42,169 bases of DNA, from contig JACRFK010000005.1 of NCBI GenBank assembly GCA_016217925.1, positions 1 to 42,169 on the forward strand. Reading direction: 5' to 3'. This DNA is from Candidatus Kaiserbacteria bacterium. Lineage in GTDB: Bacteria; Patescibacteriota; Minisyncoccia; Phycocordibacterales; UBA2100. Positions within the stretch are counted from its first letter, which is position 1. Every line of letters starts with the position of its first letter. The notes below the pieces were generated by a model. The model was not told the origin of the DNA. It saw only the letters and a program-made list of their open reading frames with translations, and ran no database searches. The translations under genes and the position numbers were made by a program. Shown here piece after piece: positions 1 to 8,162 of the stretch.

Positions 1-2
1 AC

Positions 3-290
3 CTCCAAGCAGTCCCCGCACTGGTCCGCGGAGGCGAGACGGTCCGCATCTACTGGAACACCGTGAACGCACGTACCTGCACGATACTCGGAAGCAACGG
101 CGACGGCGCCGAGGGGAGCCCGACCGGCGTCTGGAACACCGCATTCTCCGGAGCTTCCGGCAAGACCACGAGCCCCATCTCAAGCCAGACGACCTACACA
201 CTGCTCTGCCACGCCTTCGCGGGCGTCATTCCCCCCATCGTACGGGAGTCCGCAATCGTGAACATCATCCCGAGCTTCCAGGAGTTGTAG
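3..290 (+). CDS. 3' part of a secreted/surface protein (5' truncated by window)
   Basis: Frame open from the window start (LQAVPALVRGGETVRIYWNTVNARTC...TTYTLLC...IVNIIPSFQEL), Ig-like beta-rich C-terminus typical of CPR surface proteins. Confidence 0.7.
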   Translation, partial: LQAVPALVRGGETVRIYWNTVNARTCTILGSNGDGAEGSPTGVWNTAFSGASGKTTSPISSQTTYTLLCHAFAGVIPPIVRESAIVNIIPSFQEL

Positions 291-296
291 CGGGTT

Positions 297-324
297 TTGA
301 CTTTTGAGAGTGCTTCTGTATACT
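297..324 (+). promoter_or_regulatory. sigma70-type promoter of rplC operon
   Basis: TTGACT (297-302), 16 nt spacer, TATACT (319-324). Confidence 0.65.
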
Positions 325-405
325 GGCCCTTCACCCACGTCCCCATAGGGACCAATGGCAGGCTAGATACAGCCCGCTATTGCGGGCGTTTCATTTTTTA
401 TCTGT

Positions 406-1047
406 ATGACAAGCAAATTCAGCAATAAGTTTATGTTGGGCACCAAAGGAAGGATGACCCAGGTCTTCGATGAGAAGGGCGTTGTTTCTGCTGCGACGGT
501 CGTCACTGCCGGCCCTCTTACGGTGACTCAGGTCAAAGGCAAAGAGGCTGACGGATACGAGGCTGTTCAAATCGGTTTTGGCGCCAAGAAAGAATCCAAG
601 ATCAACAAGGCGCAAACCAACAAACCGTTCAAGGTCTTGCGGGAATCCCGACGCGATGGTCGGGACTCCGACCCTGCTTCGCAGGCGTCGGAGTTTCAAG
701 TCGGCCAAATTATTGATGTGTCTGTCTTCGCGCCGGGCGACGTCGTCGCTGTCTCCGCTGTTTCAAAAGGAAAAGGGTTCCAAGGTGTCGTGAAGCGACA
801 CGGTTTCCATGGAGGTCCGCGCAGTCACGGTCAGAAGAATAGGGAACGCAGCCCCGGCTCTATCGGCGGAGGCGGTCGCGCGGGCGGTCGCGTCGTCAAG
901 GGTATGCGCATGGCCGGCCGTATGGGAGGCGACCGCATCACCGTCAAGAATCTCAAGGTCTTGCAAGTAGACGTTGCCACCAATACACTCGTCATCTCAG
1001 GCGCAATTCCGGGGAAGCCGGGCACATTAGTTGAAATACGGGGATAA
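406..1047 (+). CDS. rplC: 50S ribosomal protein L3
   Basis: GTKGRMTQVF, SKGKGFQGVVKRHGF, MAGRMG motifs. Confidence 0.98.
   Translation: MTSKFSNKFMLGTKGRMTQVFDEKGVVSAATVVTAGPLTVTQVKGKEADGYEAVQIGFGAKKESKINKAQTNKPFKVLRESRRDGRDSDPASQASEFQVGQIIDVSVFAPGDVVAVSAVSKGKGFQGVVKRHGFHGGPRSHGQKNRERSPGSIGGGGRAGGRVVKGMRMAGRMGGDRITVKNLKVLQVDVATNTLVISGAIPGKPGTLVEIRG
646..693 (+). repeat. in-frame double-hairpin palindromic element within rplC
   Basis: TCCCGAC..GTCGGGA then CTCCGAC..GTCGGAG, 48 nt; related intergenic copy at 28091-28129. Confidence 0.65.
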
Positions 1048-1052
1048 TATGA

Positions 1053-1153
1053 AATTTTCAATTCACAATTTGCAATTTTCAATCAATGACCAAATGTTTG
1101 GAAATTTTCAAATTGAAAATTCAATGAAAATTGAGAATTAAAAATTGAAAATT
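1053..1153. repeat. AT-rich inverted heptamer repeat array
   Basis: AATTTTC/AATTCAC/AATTTGC/AATTTTC (1053-1080) and GAAAATT/GAGAATT/AAAAATT/GAAAATT (1126-1153). Confidence 0.8.
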
Positions 1154-1840
1154 ATGGAATCTACAATTTACAACTCGCAAGGTAAAAAGTCCGGGACGGT
1201 AAAACTTCCCGAGAATGTTTTCAATGTTGCCTGGAGTGATGCTCTGATACATCAAGTCGTGACAGCAATGCAGGCCAACGCGCGTCCGACCGTCGCTCAC
1301 GCAAAGACGCGCGGCGAGGTGCGCGGGGGAGGAAAGAAACCGTGGGCGCAAAAAGGTACGGGCCGCGCTCGTCACGGTTCGAGCCGTTCTCCTATATGGA
1401 AAGGCGGCGGCGTCACGCATGGACCGCGTTCGGACAGAGACTATTCGCAAGTGATACCGAAAAAGATGCGCGCCAAGGCGCTTTTCATGGCACTTTCGCG
1501 CAAGCTCAAAGACGGCGAGATACTCTTCGTGGATTCATTCGGCATATCGGAGCCAAAAACCGCAGCCGCACAGAAGGCGCTCGCGATGCTCTCAAAAGTT
1601 TCCGGATTCGGAAAGCTCGGCACCAAGCGCAAGAACGCAGCCCTCATCGCATTTGCCGACCCGACGGCAGCGACACAGAAAAGTTTCCGCAATATCGGCA
1701 ATGTAACAGCCGTTGCGGTGCGGAATCTGAATCCTGTCGCCGTCTTGGGGAACACCTACCTGATTCTCGAAAATCCGGAAGCAGCTATCGCTATCGTTGC
1801 GAGCCGTTCCGGCAAGAAAATAGTTGAGGCACAAAAATAA
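1154..1840 (+). CDS. rplD: 50S ribosomal protein L4
   Basis: KTRGEVRGGGKKPWAQKGTGRARHGS motif; in-frame TTG at 1145 is an alternative start. Confidence 0.98.
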   Translation: MESTIYNSQGKKSGTVKLPENVFNVAWSDALIHQVVTAMQANARPTVAHAKTRGEVRGGGKKPWAQKGTGRARHGSSRSPIWKGGGVTHGPRSDRDYSQVIPKKMRAKALFMALSRKLKDGEILFVDSFGISEPKTAAAQKALAMLSKVSGFGKLGTKRKNAALIAFADPTAATQKSFRNIGNVTAVAVRNLNPVAVLGNTYLILENPEAAIAIVASRSGKKIVEAQK

Positions 1841-1841
1841 T

Positions 1842-2240
1842 ATGGGACTCTTCACAAAAACAAAAAAGTCCGCCGGAGGCGGATCCTCCTCCGGAGGAAA
1901 GAATACAGAAGCAAAGCAGATGGCAGTCGCTACGCCTGCGAGCACATCTCCTTCGATGGGCCGTGATATTTCCACGATTCTGAAACACGCGCGCATCACC
2001 GAGAAGGCGAGCATGCACCAAGCAGGCGGCGTGTACACATTTGATATTGCCCGGGCGGCGACGAAGCGAGATGTGATACAGGCCGTGCGTGCTCTCTATG
2101 CGGTGACGCCACGTACCGTGCGAATCGTTACAGTTCCGACAAAAGTACGCCGCAACGCGCGCACGGGAAAGCTCGGCATGACCGGGGGTGGCAAGAAAGC
2201 GTACGTGTACCTTAAAAAGGGTGAGACGATAACCTTCTAA
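1842..2240 (+). CDS. rplW: 50S ribosomal protein L23 with N-terminal extension
   Basis: ITEKA, KKAYVYLKKG motifs; position after rplD; TAATATG junction. Confidence 0.95.
   Translation: MGLFTKTKKSAGGGSSSGGKNTEAKQMAVATPASTSPSMGRDISTILKHARITEKASMHQAGGVYTFDIARAATKRDVIQAVRALYAVTPRTVRIVTVPTKVRRNARTGKLGMTGGGKKAYVYLKKGETITF
1869..1898 (+). repeat. 30-nt twin-hairpin coding repeat (SAGGGSSSGG)
   Basis: TCCGCC-GGA-GGCGGA-TCCTCC-TCC-GGAGGA; copies at 9780-9809 and 38005-38034. Confidence 0.8.
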
Positions 2241-2248
2241 ACGTATGA

Positions 2249-2355
2249 ATCCCGTTAGAAATTTACTTATGACATCAATACAGGCACAGGGGTTGTCAGG
2301 CTTACTTTCTACCGCATATGCGGAGCAGGATTATTCAGTAAATTTCTAACGGGAT
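2249..2355. mobile_element. MITE-like element (CCCGTTAGA...TCTAACGGG) at rplB start
   Basis: Perfect 19-bp terminal inverted repeats ATCCCGTTAGAAATTTACT / AGTAAATTTCTAACGGGAT; ATGAA duplicated on both sides. Confidence 0.75.
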
Positions 2356-3196
2356 GAAAACATACAAACCCACATCAAAATCGCAGCGGCAGCACACGAG
2401 CATCGAATACCGCAAGCTGCTCTCCGGTCACAAGCCGACGAAGTCGCTTATGAAAGGCGCTCGTAGCTATGCGGGTCGCAACAGTCATGGTCGCATCACG
2501 GTGCGTCATCAGGGCGGAGGGCACAAAAAGAGCTATCGCCAGGTGGATTTCAAGTTCAATAAGAAAAACATCCCCGCCAAGATTACATCCATTGAATACG
2601 ACCCGTTCCGCTCTGGCTTTATCGGGCTTGCCGTGTACAAAGATGGCGAGAAACGCTATGTCGTCCTTCCGCAAAAGGTGAAAGTCGGCGATTCGTTCGT
2701 CGTTTCCGAGACTGCACCCGTTACGCTCGGCAATCGTTTGCCACTCGGGGCCATGCCGGTCGGTACGTTCGTCTACAATATTGAACTGAAACCGGGAGAA
2801 GGTGGCGTCATCGCACGCTCCGCAGGTAATTATTGCGAGATCGTCGCACAAGATGCCGGCTATACGCACATCAAAATGCCTTCGACCGAAGTGCGCCGCG
2901 TCATCTCGACCGCATGGGCGTCCGTCGGCGAAGTTTCCAACGAAGAGCATCATCTCGTCAATCTCGGCAAGGCAGGCCGCAGCCGCTGGCTGGGCCGCCG
3001 TCCAACCGTCCGCGGTACTGCGATGAACCCGGTAGACCATCCGCACGGAGGAGGTGAAGGCAAACAGGGCCGCGGACTGCGCCGCGCCAAGACCATGTGG
3101 GGCAAACCCTCTGGCAAGGGTCAGAAAACGCGCCGCCCGAAGAAATACAGCAACGTTTTCATTGTTAGTCGACGTAAAGTTGGAAAACGTAAGTAG
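2354..3196 (+). CDS. rplB: 50S ribosomal protein L2
   Basis: GRNSHGRITVRHQGGG, IEYDP, RGTAMNPVDHPHGGGEG motifs. Confidence 0.99.
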   Translation: MKTYKPTSKSQRQHTSIEYRKLLSGHKPTKSLMKGARSYAGRNSHGRITVRHQGGGHKKSYRQVDFKFNKKNIPAKITSIEYDPFRSGFIGLAVYKDGEKRYVVLPQKVKVGDSFVVSETAPVTLGNRLPLGAMPVGTFVYNIELKPGEGGVIARSAGNYCEIVAQDAGYTHIKMPSTEVRRVISTAWASVGEVSNEEHHLVNLGKAGRSRWLGRRPTVRGTAMNPVDHPHGGGEGKQGRGLRRAKTMWGKPSGKGQKTRRPKKYSNVFIVSRRKVGKRK

Positions 3197-3205
3197 CAAA
3201 GCCTG

Positions 3206-3237
3206 CCTCGTTAGAACGCGAAGCGTTTCTAATGGGG
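3206..3237. repeat. miniature degenerate CCCGTTAGA-family hairpin
   Basis: CCTCGTTAGA-ACGC-GAA-GCGT-T-TCTAATGGGG; flanked by duplicated rplB 3' end. Confidence 0.6.
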
Positions 3238-3251
3238 TTGGGAAAAGGAAG

Positions 3252-3285
3252 TAGCAAACCGCGGCCCTTAGGCCGCGGTTTGCTA
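3252..3285. terminator. hairpin, probable intrinsic terminator after rplB
   Basis: 15-bp perfect stem TAGCAAACCGCGGCC/GGCCGCGGTTTGCTA. Confidence 0.6.
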
Positions 3286-3295
3286 TGATGTCGGT

Positions 3296-3652
3296 ATGGA
3301 GATTCTCATCGTTCGTGAGCCGGTTCCGGAAGAAACACTGGACGCTCTTGCCGAGGCTTGGCACGGTACGCTGGTGAAGGGCGCCGCGGATATTGAGCGC
3401 GATATTGTGGCCTTGGGTGGTGACTGGCACATGGATGCCAACAACGTTCTTATTGCCGACGGCTCGCAGCAAGAAAATGTATGGGGTTTCAATATCTACC
3501 CGAAAGAGCGTAGCGGCTCCGCTCTTGAATATATTTCCCTCATCAACATCCGCCCGGCGCAAGGCAACAAAGCGATGGAGCTCGCGGACGAGACATTGCG
3601 GGAGAAAATCAAGGAGATAGTTTCGAAATTGGTGCCCCACCTCAATCTATGA
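3296..3652 (+). CDS. DUF5674-like protein
   Basis: DIERDIVALGGDWHMD, GSQQENVWGFNIYP, SLINIRPAQGN match the recognisable DUF5674 pattern. Confidence 0.75.
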   Translation: MEILIVREPVPEETLDALAEAWHGTLVKGAADIERDIVALGGDWHMDANNVLIADGSQQENVWGFNIYPKERSGSALEYISLINIRPAQGNKAMELADETLREKIKEIVSKLVPHLNL

Positions 3653-3918
3653 ACGATGCAAAGTTTTACTTCGCGAATCTCGGTGCTGATGTTACGCGGT
3701 GCGTTTCCGCGCTCCAATCGGGCAATCTCGCTCGGTACGAAGATTCACTCGCACGAGCACGAAAGACGCTCTCACGCCTGCGCGGTGCAAATCGACCGGA
3801 AGCATATGAGGAAGGTTTACTTCTTTTGTCCGGTTTGGAATATGCGCGCCAGAGTAACACGCTTCAATCTTTTGGAATAAACGTAAGCGCATTGAGCGCA
3901 ACGTTCTCGCCTCTATGA
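3649..3918 (+). CDS. small helical hypothetical protein
   Basis: 89-aa ORF with ATGA overlaps to both neighbours. Confidence 0.7.
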   Translation: MNDAKFYFANLGADVTRCVSALQSGNLARYEDSLARARKTLSRLRGANRPEAYEEGLLLLSGLEYARQSNTLQSFGINVSALSATFSPL

Positions 3919-4466
3919 ACGCACACCTCCGGCTCGCTCGAAAAAGCGACCTTGTTGCATACACCGCTCTTCTCCAGCGGACGTGTGAAGTCGCGTTCCC
4001 GAACCCCAAGATAGGCCTAACCAAAGAATGTTTCCCCAAAGAAGTTTTTGCCACTGCTGACACGCAAGCGTATCTTCTAAAGTCGAATCTAACAATAAGT
4101 TCGAATCAAAAAACGTGGCTTGTGGTCGAGAAAAAGAAGCTTATCGGGGCAATCACCACCGAAAAGAAGGGAAAAGTGAGTGACGTAAGGGGTTTTTATG
4201 TTGCACCAGAAAGACAAGGACAAGGTATCGGAAAGATTGTCTGGGAGCGCGCATCGAAGTTTGCAGACGGTCGGCCGGTTACCCTTGAAATCTACGCGCA
4301 CAATAAGAAATCCATTGCTCTCTATAAGAAGCGGGGATTTGTAGTCGACACGACCAAGAGACAGGCATGGTCACACTGGCCGGAATGGCCGAAAGGTGTA
4401 CGTGCGAGAAAATTGTATATGCGGCGCGGACCACAGCGTCCCGGGAAGGTAGGGAAAAAGAAGTAA
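3915..4466 (+). CDS. GNAT family N-acetyltransferase
   Basis: FYVAPERQGQGIG acetyl-CoA motif A and N..SIALYKKRGF motif B. Confidence 0.9.
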   Translation: MNAHLRLARKSDLVAYTALLQRTCEVAFPNPKIGLTKECFPKEVFATADTQAYLLKSNLTISSNQKTWLVVEKKKLIGAITTEKKGKVSDVRGFYVAPERQGQGIGKIVWERASKFADGRPVTLEIYAHNKKSIALYKKRGFVVDTTKRQAWSHWPEWPKGVRARKLYMRRGPQRPGKVGKKK

Positions 4467-4662
4467 AAATCGGGATTTCCAGAACGGAGCATATCCCCAC
4501 GCCGCGGTTTTGTTGTTGGGAAGGGGTGTAAGATAAAGACATTATCTTTAGAGGTCGCGTCACGTCCCGTTTCAGTCGACAATACGGGACACGATTCTGC
4601 GGAATCGAGTACGCGACATGCGAATTAGCAAATTCGAAACTTGGTAATTTTGACAAAATCAC

Positions 4663-7269
4663 ATGCTTAAAAAAATCACGTTCGCAGGTGTCGGCATCGC
4701 ATTACTCGCTTCTCCTCTTCTCGCCTCGGCCGACATGGTCTCCGACCTCCAAGCCCAGATTCAGGCCCTCATGGCGCAGGTCGCTGCTCTGCAAGGACAG
4801 TTGAACCCCGCACCTGCCACTCCCGTCGGCCCGACCGACGACTACGGGACAACTCAGACCACTCCCGCCTGCCCGAATCTTTCCGTCACCATGCAACGCG
4901 GCGCACGCGATGCCACCACAGGCGGACAGGTCATCGACCTCCAGACGTTCCTCGCCGACTACTTCAATTTGCCTGAAGAAGGACTCGTCACCGGGTACTT
5001 CGGGAAAAACACCGAAGCCGCCGTCATCCGCTTCCAGAATCAGTACAGTCTCCCCGCCTTCGGCATCGTCGGCTCGCTTACGCGGGCGAAGATTGCGGGG
5101 GTGTGTGGGGGAGGGGCGGTGCTACAGCCGGGGCCAGTATGTATCGCCGAGGCACTCCGGACAGCATGTCCCACAGGCCAGCATTATGAATCGGCAGGTC
5201 CCGATACCATCGACGCCAACGGATGCCGTCACGACAATCTGAGGTGCGTTCCAGATTCAACCTCCACCGCGACGTTCTCTGCTGCGCCAATGTCGGGCCA
5301 GGCACCGCTCAACGTCACGTTTACGATTGGCGAAGCCAAGCCGGGCGTCACGTACAATTTCAGTTACGGCGACGGCGCGACGGGATCGGCAACGTGCGTG
5401 CAGGACGGCGGCAAAGGCGATCCGAGATGTGGAGCAGCGTGGACGACTGCACATACCTACGCATCAGCTGGCACGTATACCGCGACACTCTCCAAGCAAG
5501 AGTCGTACTCCTGCCCGCCCGGTGCGTACTGTCCAATGCTATACCCGGCTCCAGTCACGGTCGGCACCGTGACGATTACGGTGACCGGCAACCCGACCCA
5601 AACTCTCGTAATTACCGATGTCCAGTATTCACCGGCGCATCCACACGTCAACGATCTCATAACGACGACAGTTACCATCATGAACAAGAGCTCGAGTGAC
5701 CGCACGACAACATTCCAGGTCAACGTGGGGGGTACAACGGTAGATGTTCCATATTTGGCGGCGGTGACCTCAAGAACGGTCATCGTGCCGAACGCCTTCA
5801 CATTCGCGGACCCTGGCCAGAAGACTCTACACACGCACCTGATAAATCCACTGGGTGGCGGGCTTGGTGGCACCATCGACACATATACGAATACACTCAC
5901 GTTCGATGCGGGTAGCAACAGCAGCGGCGTCACCATTACGGCGCCCAACGGCGGCGAGCAGTGGGAGACTGGCATCACCAATACCGTGACGTGGACGCCC
6001 TACCAGTACAATCCGGACATCAATCCTTCGAGAGACGTAACCGCCTTCTTGGAGACCAAGAACTCGGACGGATCGTTCAACATCTTCGGCAGGGTGGAAG
6101 AAAGCGGCAAGGCATCCATTCACTGGGTGACAGGCCAGCTTTATGCGGCATCACAGAGCAACAACTTTATACCGCAAGGTCCGGGCTATTACATTCGCGT
6201 TGTCAACAATGTGACCGGCGCATGGGATCGCTCTGACGCGCCGTTCACCATCTTGCCGCGATCCGTAGACGTAAAAGTCGACGGGTCTGATGGTCCGCTC
6301 ACTATCGACCCGAGTCAGAAGGTGTGGGTGGAATGGACTTCAACCAACAAAACCTCATGCACTTTGTATGGCGTGATGGATAGTCTGACCTCCACACAGA
6401 CGTACATTGGAAACCTGCCGACGAGCGGCAAGCGCGAAGTGTATGTATGGTTCTATGACCCCTCGTCCGGGACTACCATCTCGGCACAGTGCGTTGACGC
6501 GGCAGGGAATGTCGTCACTGATTGGGTCGTAATAAATCCGACGTCTCAACCAGCCGCCATTCGAATCACAAGTCCCAACGGCGGTGAGCAAATATCAATC
6601 GGGAGCGAGTATGTTGTCCGGACTTCCTACTCCGGTGTCTCGGCGGTCTCGGTGGCGCTCTACAAGAACGATCAATGGATGAAGTGGCTCTACAAGGACG
6701 TGCCGGTCTCAAGTTCGCCGCATGATTGGTACTGGACGCCGTCTACTGAAGAAGCGGCCGTAGCGTCACAGGGTAGCGTCTTCAAAATATATGCTACGGG
6801 GCAAAGGACGGACGGCACCGGATACGTCGACGACAAATCCGACGCGCCGTTCTCGTTTAGCGGAATCACAGTAAGTCCTCCGACGTGTTCCATCTCCGGA
6901 ACCCCGGGGAATGAAGTGGTTTCCGGTACGGGCGGCTACAATCTCAGCTGGGTAACAACCAATGCGTCGACGGCGAATCTGACGGGAGGCGCGATGAACC
7001 TCAACACCGGCGTTCCGGTCACGGGCAATCCGTACGGTCAGCCGACACAGATGTGGGTCTCGCAGCCCGGTACCTACACGCTCACCGTCACGGGCACTTA
7101 CGGGCTCGCACCAGGCGGGGGTCTAGTTACCGGAACCTGCAGCACAACGGTCGGTGCCGGGGTGTTGGGCGGAACTGATTCATCGTCAGGTACGAATGCA
7201 TATCTGGCGAGCGCTCTCAGCGCACTTGAATCTGCTCTCAAGGCGTTGATTTCAAAGCTGGGACAATAA
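4663..7269 (+). CDS. large secreted protein with peptidoglycan-binding, PKD and Ig-like domains
   Basis: Signal peptide, coiled coil, PG_binding_1-like LQTFL..TGYFGKNTEAAVIRFQ..GIVGSLTR, PKD (FSYGDG, HTYASAGTY), two T(A/S)PNGGE domains. Confidence 0.85.
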   Translation: MLKKITFAGVGIALLASPLLASADMVSDLQAQIQALMAQVAALQGQLNPAPATPVGPTDDYGTTQTTPACPNLSVTMQRGARDATTGGQVIDLQTFLADYFNLPEEGLVTGYFGKNTEAAVIRFQNQYSLPAFGIVGSLTRAKIAGVCGGGAVLQPGPVCIAEALRTACPTGQHYESAGPDTIDANGCRHDNLRCVPDSTSTATFSAAPMSGQAPLNVTFTIGEAKPGVTYNFSYGDGATGSATCVQDGGKGDPRCGAAWTTAHTYASAGTYTATLSKQESYSCPPGAYCPMLYPAPVTVGTVTITVTGNPTQTLVITDVQYSPAHPHVNDLITTTVTIMNKSSSDRTTTFQVNVGGTTVDVPYLAAVTSRTVIVPNAFTFADPGQKTLHTHLINPLGGGLGGTIDTYTNTLTFDAGSNSSGVTITAPNGGEQWETGITNTVTWTPYQYNPDINPSRDVTAFLETKNSDGSFNIFGRVEESGKASIHWVTGQLYAASQSNNFIPQGPGYYIRVVNNVTGAWDRSDAPFTILPRSVDVKVDGSDGPLTIDPSQKVWVEWTSTNKTSCTLYGVMDSLTSTQTYIGNLPTSGKREVYVWFYDPSSGTTISAQCVDAAGNVVTDWVVINPTSQPAAIRITSPNGGEQISIGSEYVVRTSYSGVSAVSVALYKNDQWMKWLYKDVPVSSSPHDWYWTPSTEEAAVASQGSVFKIYATGQRTDGTGYVDDKSDAPFSFSGITVSPPTCSISGTPGNEVVSGTGGYNLSWVTTNASTANLTGGAMNLNTGVPVTGNPYGQPTQMWVSQPGTYTLTVTGTYGLAPGGGLVTGTCSTTVGAGVLGGTDSSSGTNAYLASALSALESALKALISKLGQ

Positions 7270-7288
7270 CCAGGGGCTCTCTCTTCAG

Positions 7289-7322
7289 CAACAAAAAGCC
7301 CGCTTGTGCGGGCTTTTTGTTG
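7289..7322. terminator. intrinsic terminator
   Basis: CAACAAAAAGCCCGC-TTGT-GCGGGCTTTTTGTTG. Confidence 0.85.
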
Positions 7323-7348
7323 ACATCCCCCCTCATTTCCTATACATT
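7320..7348 (+). promoter_or_regulatory. sigma70 promoter for rpsS block
   Basis: TTGACA (7320-7325), 17 nt, TACATT (7343-7348). Confidence 0.7.
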
Positions 7349-7383
7349 GTGCGAACGCCCGAGAGGCGTTTTTAATTGAAACC

Positions 7384-7734
7384 ATGACACGCTCACTTAA
7401 GAAAGGTCCGTATGTGGACGTCAAATTGATGAAAAAAGTATCTCTGCGCAAAGCCACGCAGGGGACTATCAAGACGTGGGCACGTTCAAGCCAGATAGCA
7501 CCGGAATTTGTGGGCTACACCTTCGCCGTACACACAGGCAAGAATTTTGATGATGTATTCGTGACGGAAGACATGGTAGGTCACCGGTTGGGCGAATTCG
7601 CGCCGACGACCAAATTCATCAAGCACGGCGGTAAGATGCAGAAGGAGACGGAGATGGCCGCCAAGGCCGCGGAAATCGCTGCGGCAACAGCCGCAAAGGC
7701 GACGGCCTCCACGACGGCCGCCGCAAAGAAATAA
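7384..7734 (+). CDS. rpsS: 30S ribosomal protein S19
   Basis: [21 protein letters not shown]; Ala/Lys-rich tail. Confidence 0.98.
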   Translation: MTRSLKKGPYVDVKLMKKVSLRKATQGTIKTWARSSQIAPEFVGYTFAVHTGKNFDDVFVTEDMVGHRLGEFAPTTKFIKHGGKMQKETEMAAKAAEIAAATAAKATASTTAAAKK

Positions 7735-7735
7735 T

Positions 7736-8161
7736 ATGAAAGCACTTCTCACCAATTATCACCAGTCACCGCGCAAGGTCCGCCTCGTCGCGGACCTCAT
7801 ACGCGGCAAGTCCGTATCCGCCGCACGCGCAGCGCTTTTGTACTTGCCCAAGAAGTCTTCTCCCGCCATCGGCAAGCTTTTGGACTCTGCTATCGCAAAC
7901 GCGAGTTCGGGCGGTGCCTCCGCGGAGAATCTTTTCGTCAAGACCATTACCGTCAACAAAGGTGCCATGATGCGCCGCGCACGACCGTTCGGCCGCGGAC
8001 GCTCGGGAACACTCCGCAAGACCATGAGCATCGTATTCCTCGAGCTTGGCGTTTCAGCAAAGAAAGCTGCGAAGGCCGCAAAGGTTGCCAAAAAGACGAC
8101 GGCAAAGAAGGCGAAAGCCACAAAACCCGCCTCCGCCAAGGCTTCAGGCGAGGCAAAATAA
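7736..8161 (+). CDS. rplV: 50S ribosomal protein L22
   Basis: SPRKVRLVADLIRG, SAIANA; Lys/Ala tail. Confidence 0.97.
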   Translation: MKALLTNYHQSPRKVRLVADLIRGKSVSAARAALLYLPKKSSPAIGKLLDSAIANASSGGASAENLFVKTITVNKGAMMRRARPFGRGRSGTLRKTMSIVFLELGVSAKKAAKAAKVAKKTTAKKAKATKPASAKASGEAK

Positions 8162-8162
8162 T

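Noticed and set aside
3179-3258. Diversity-generating retroelement template/variable repeat pair
   Set aside because: Repeat is only 22 nt, the differences are not adenine-specific, and no reverse transcriptase is present
2375-3640. 421-aa antisense ORF and many other long shadow ORFs (e.g. 23054-24022, 38368-39270)
   Set aside because: They lie opposite well-conserved genes and have no recognisable motifs; expected from codon bias in GC-rich coding DNA
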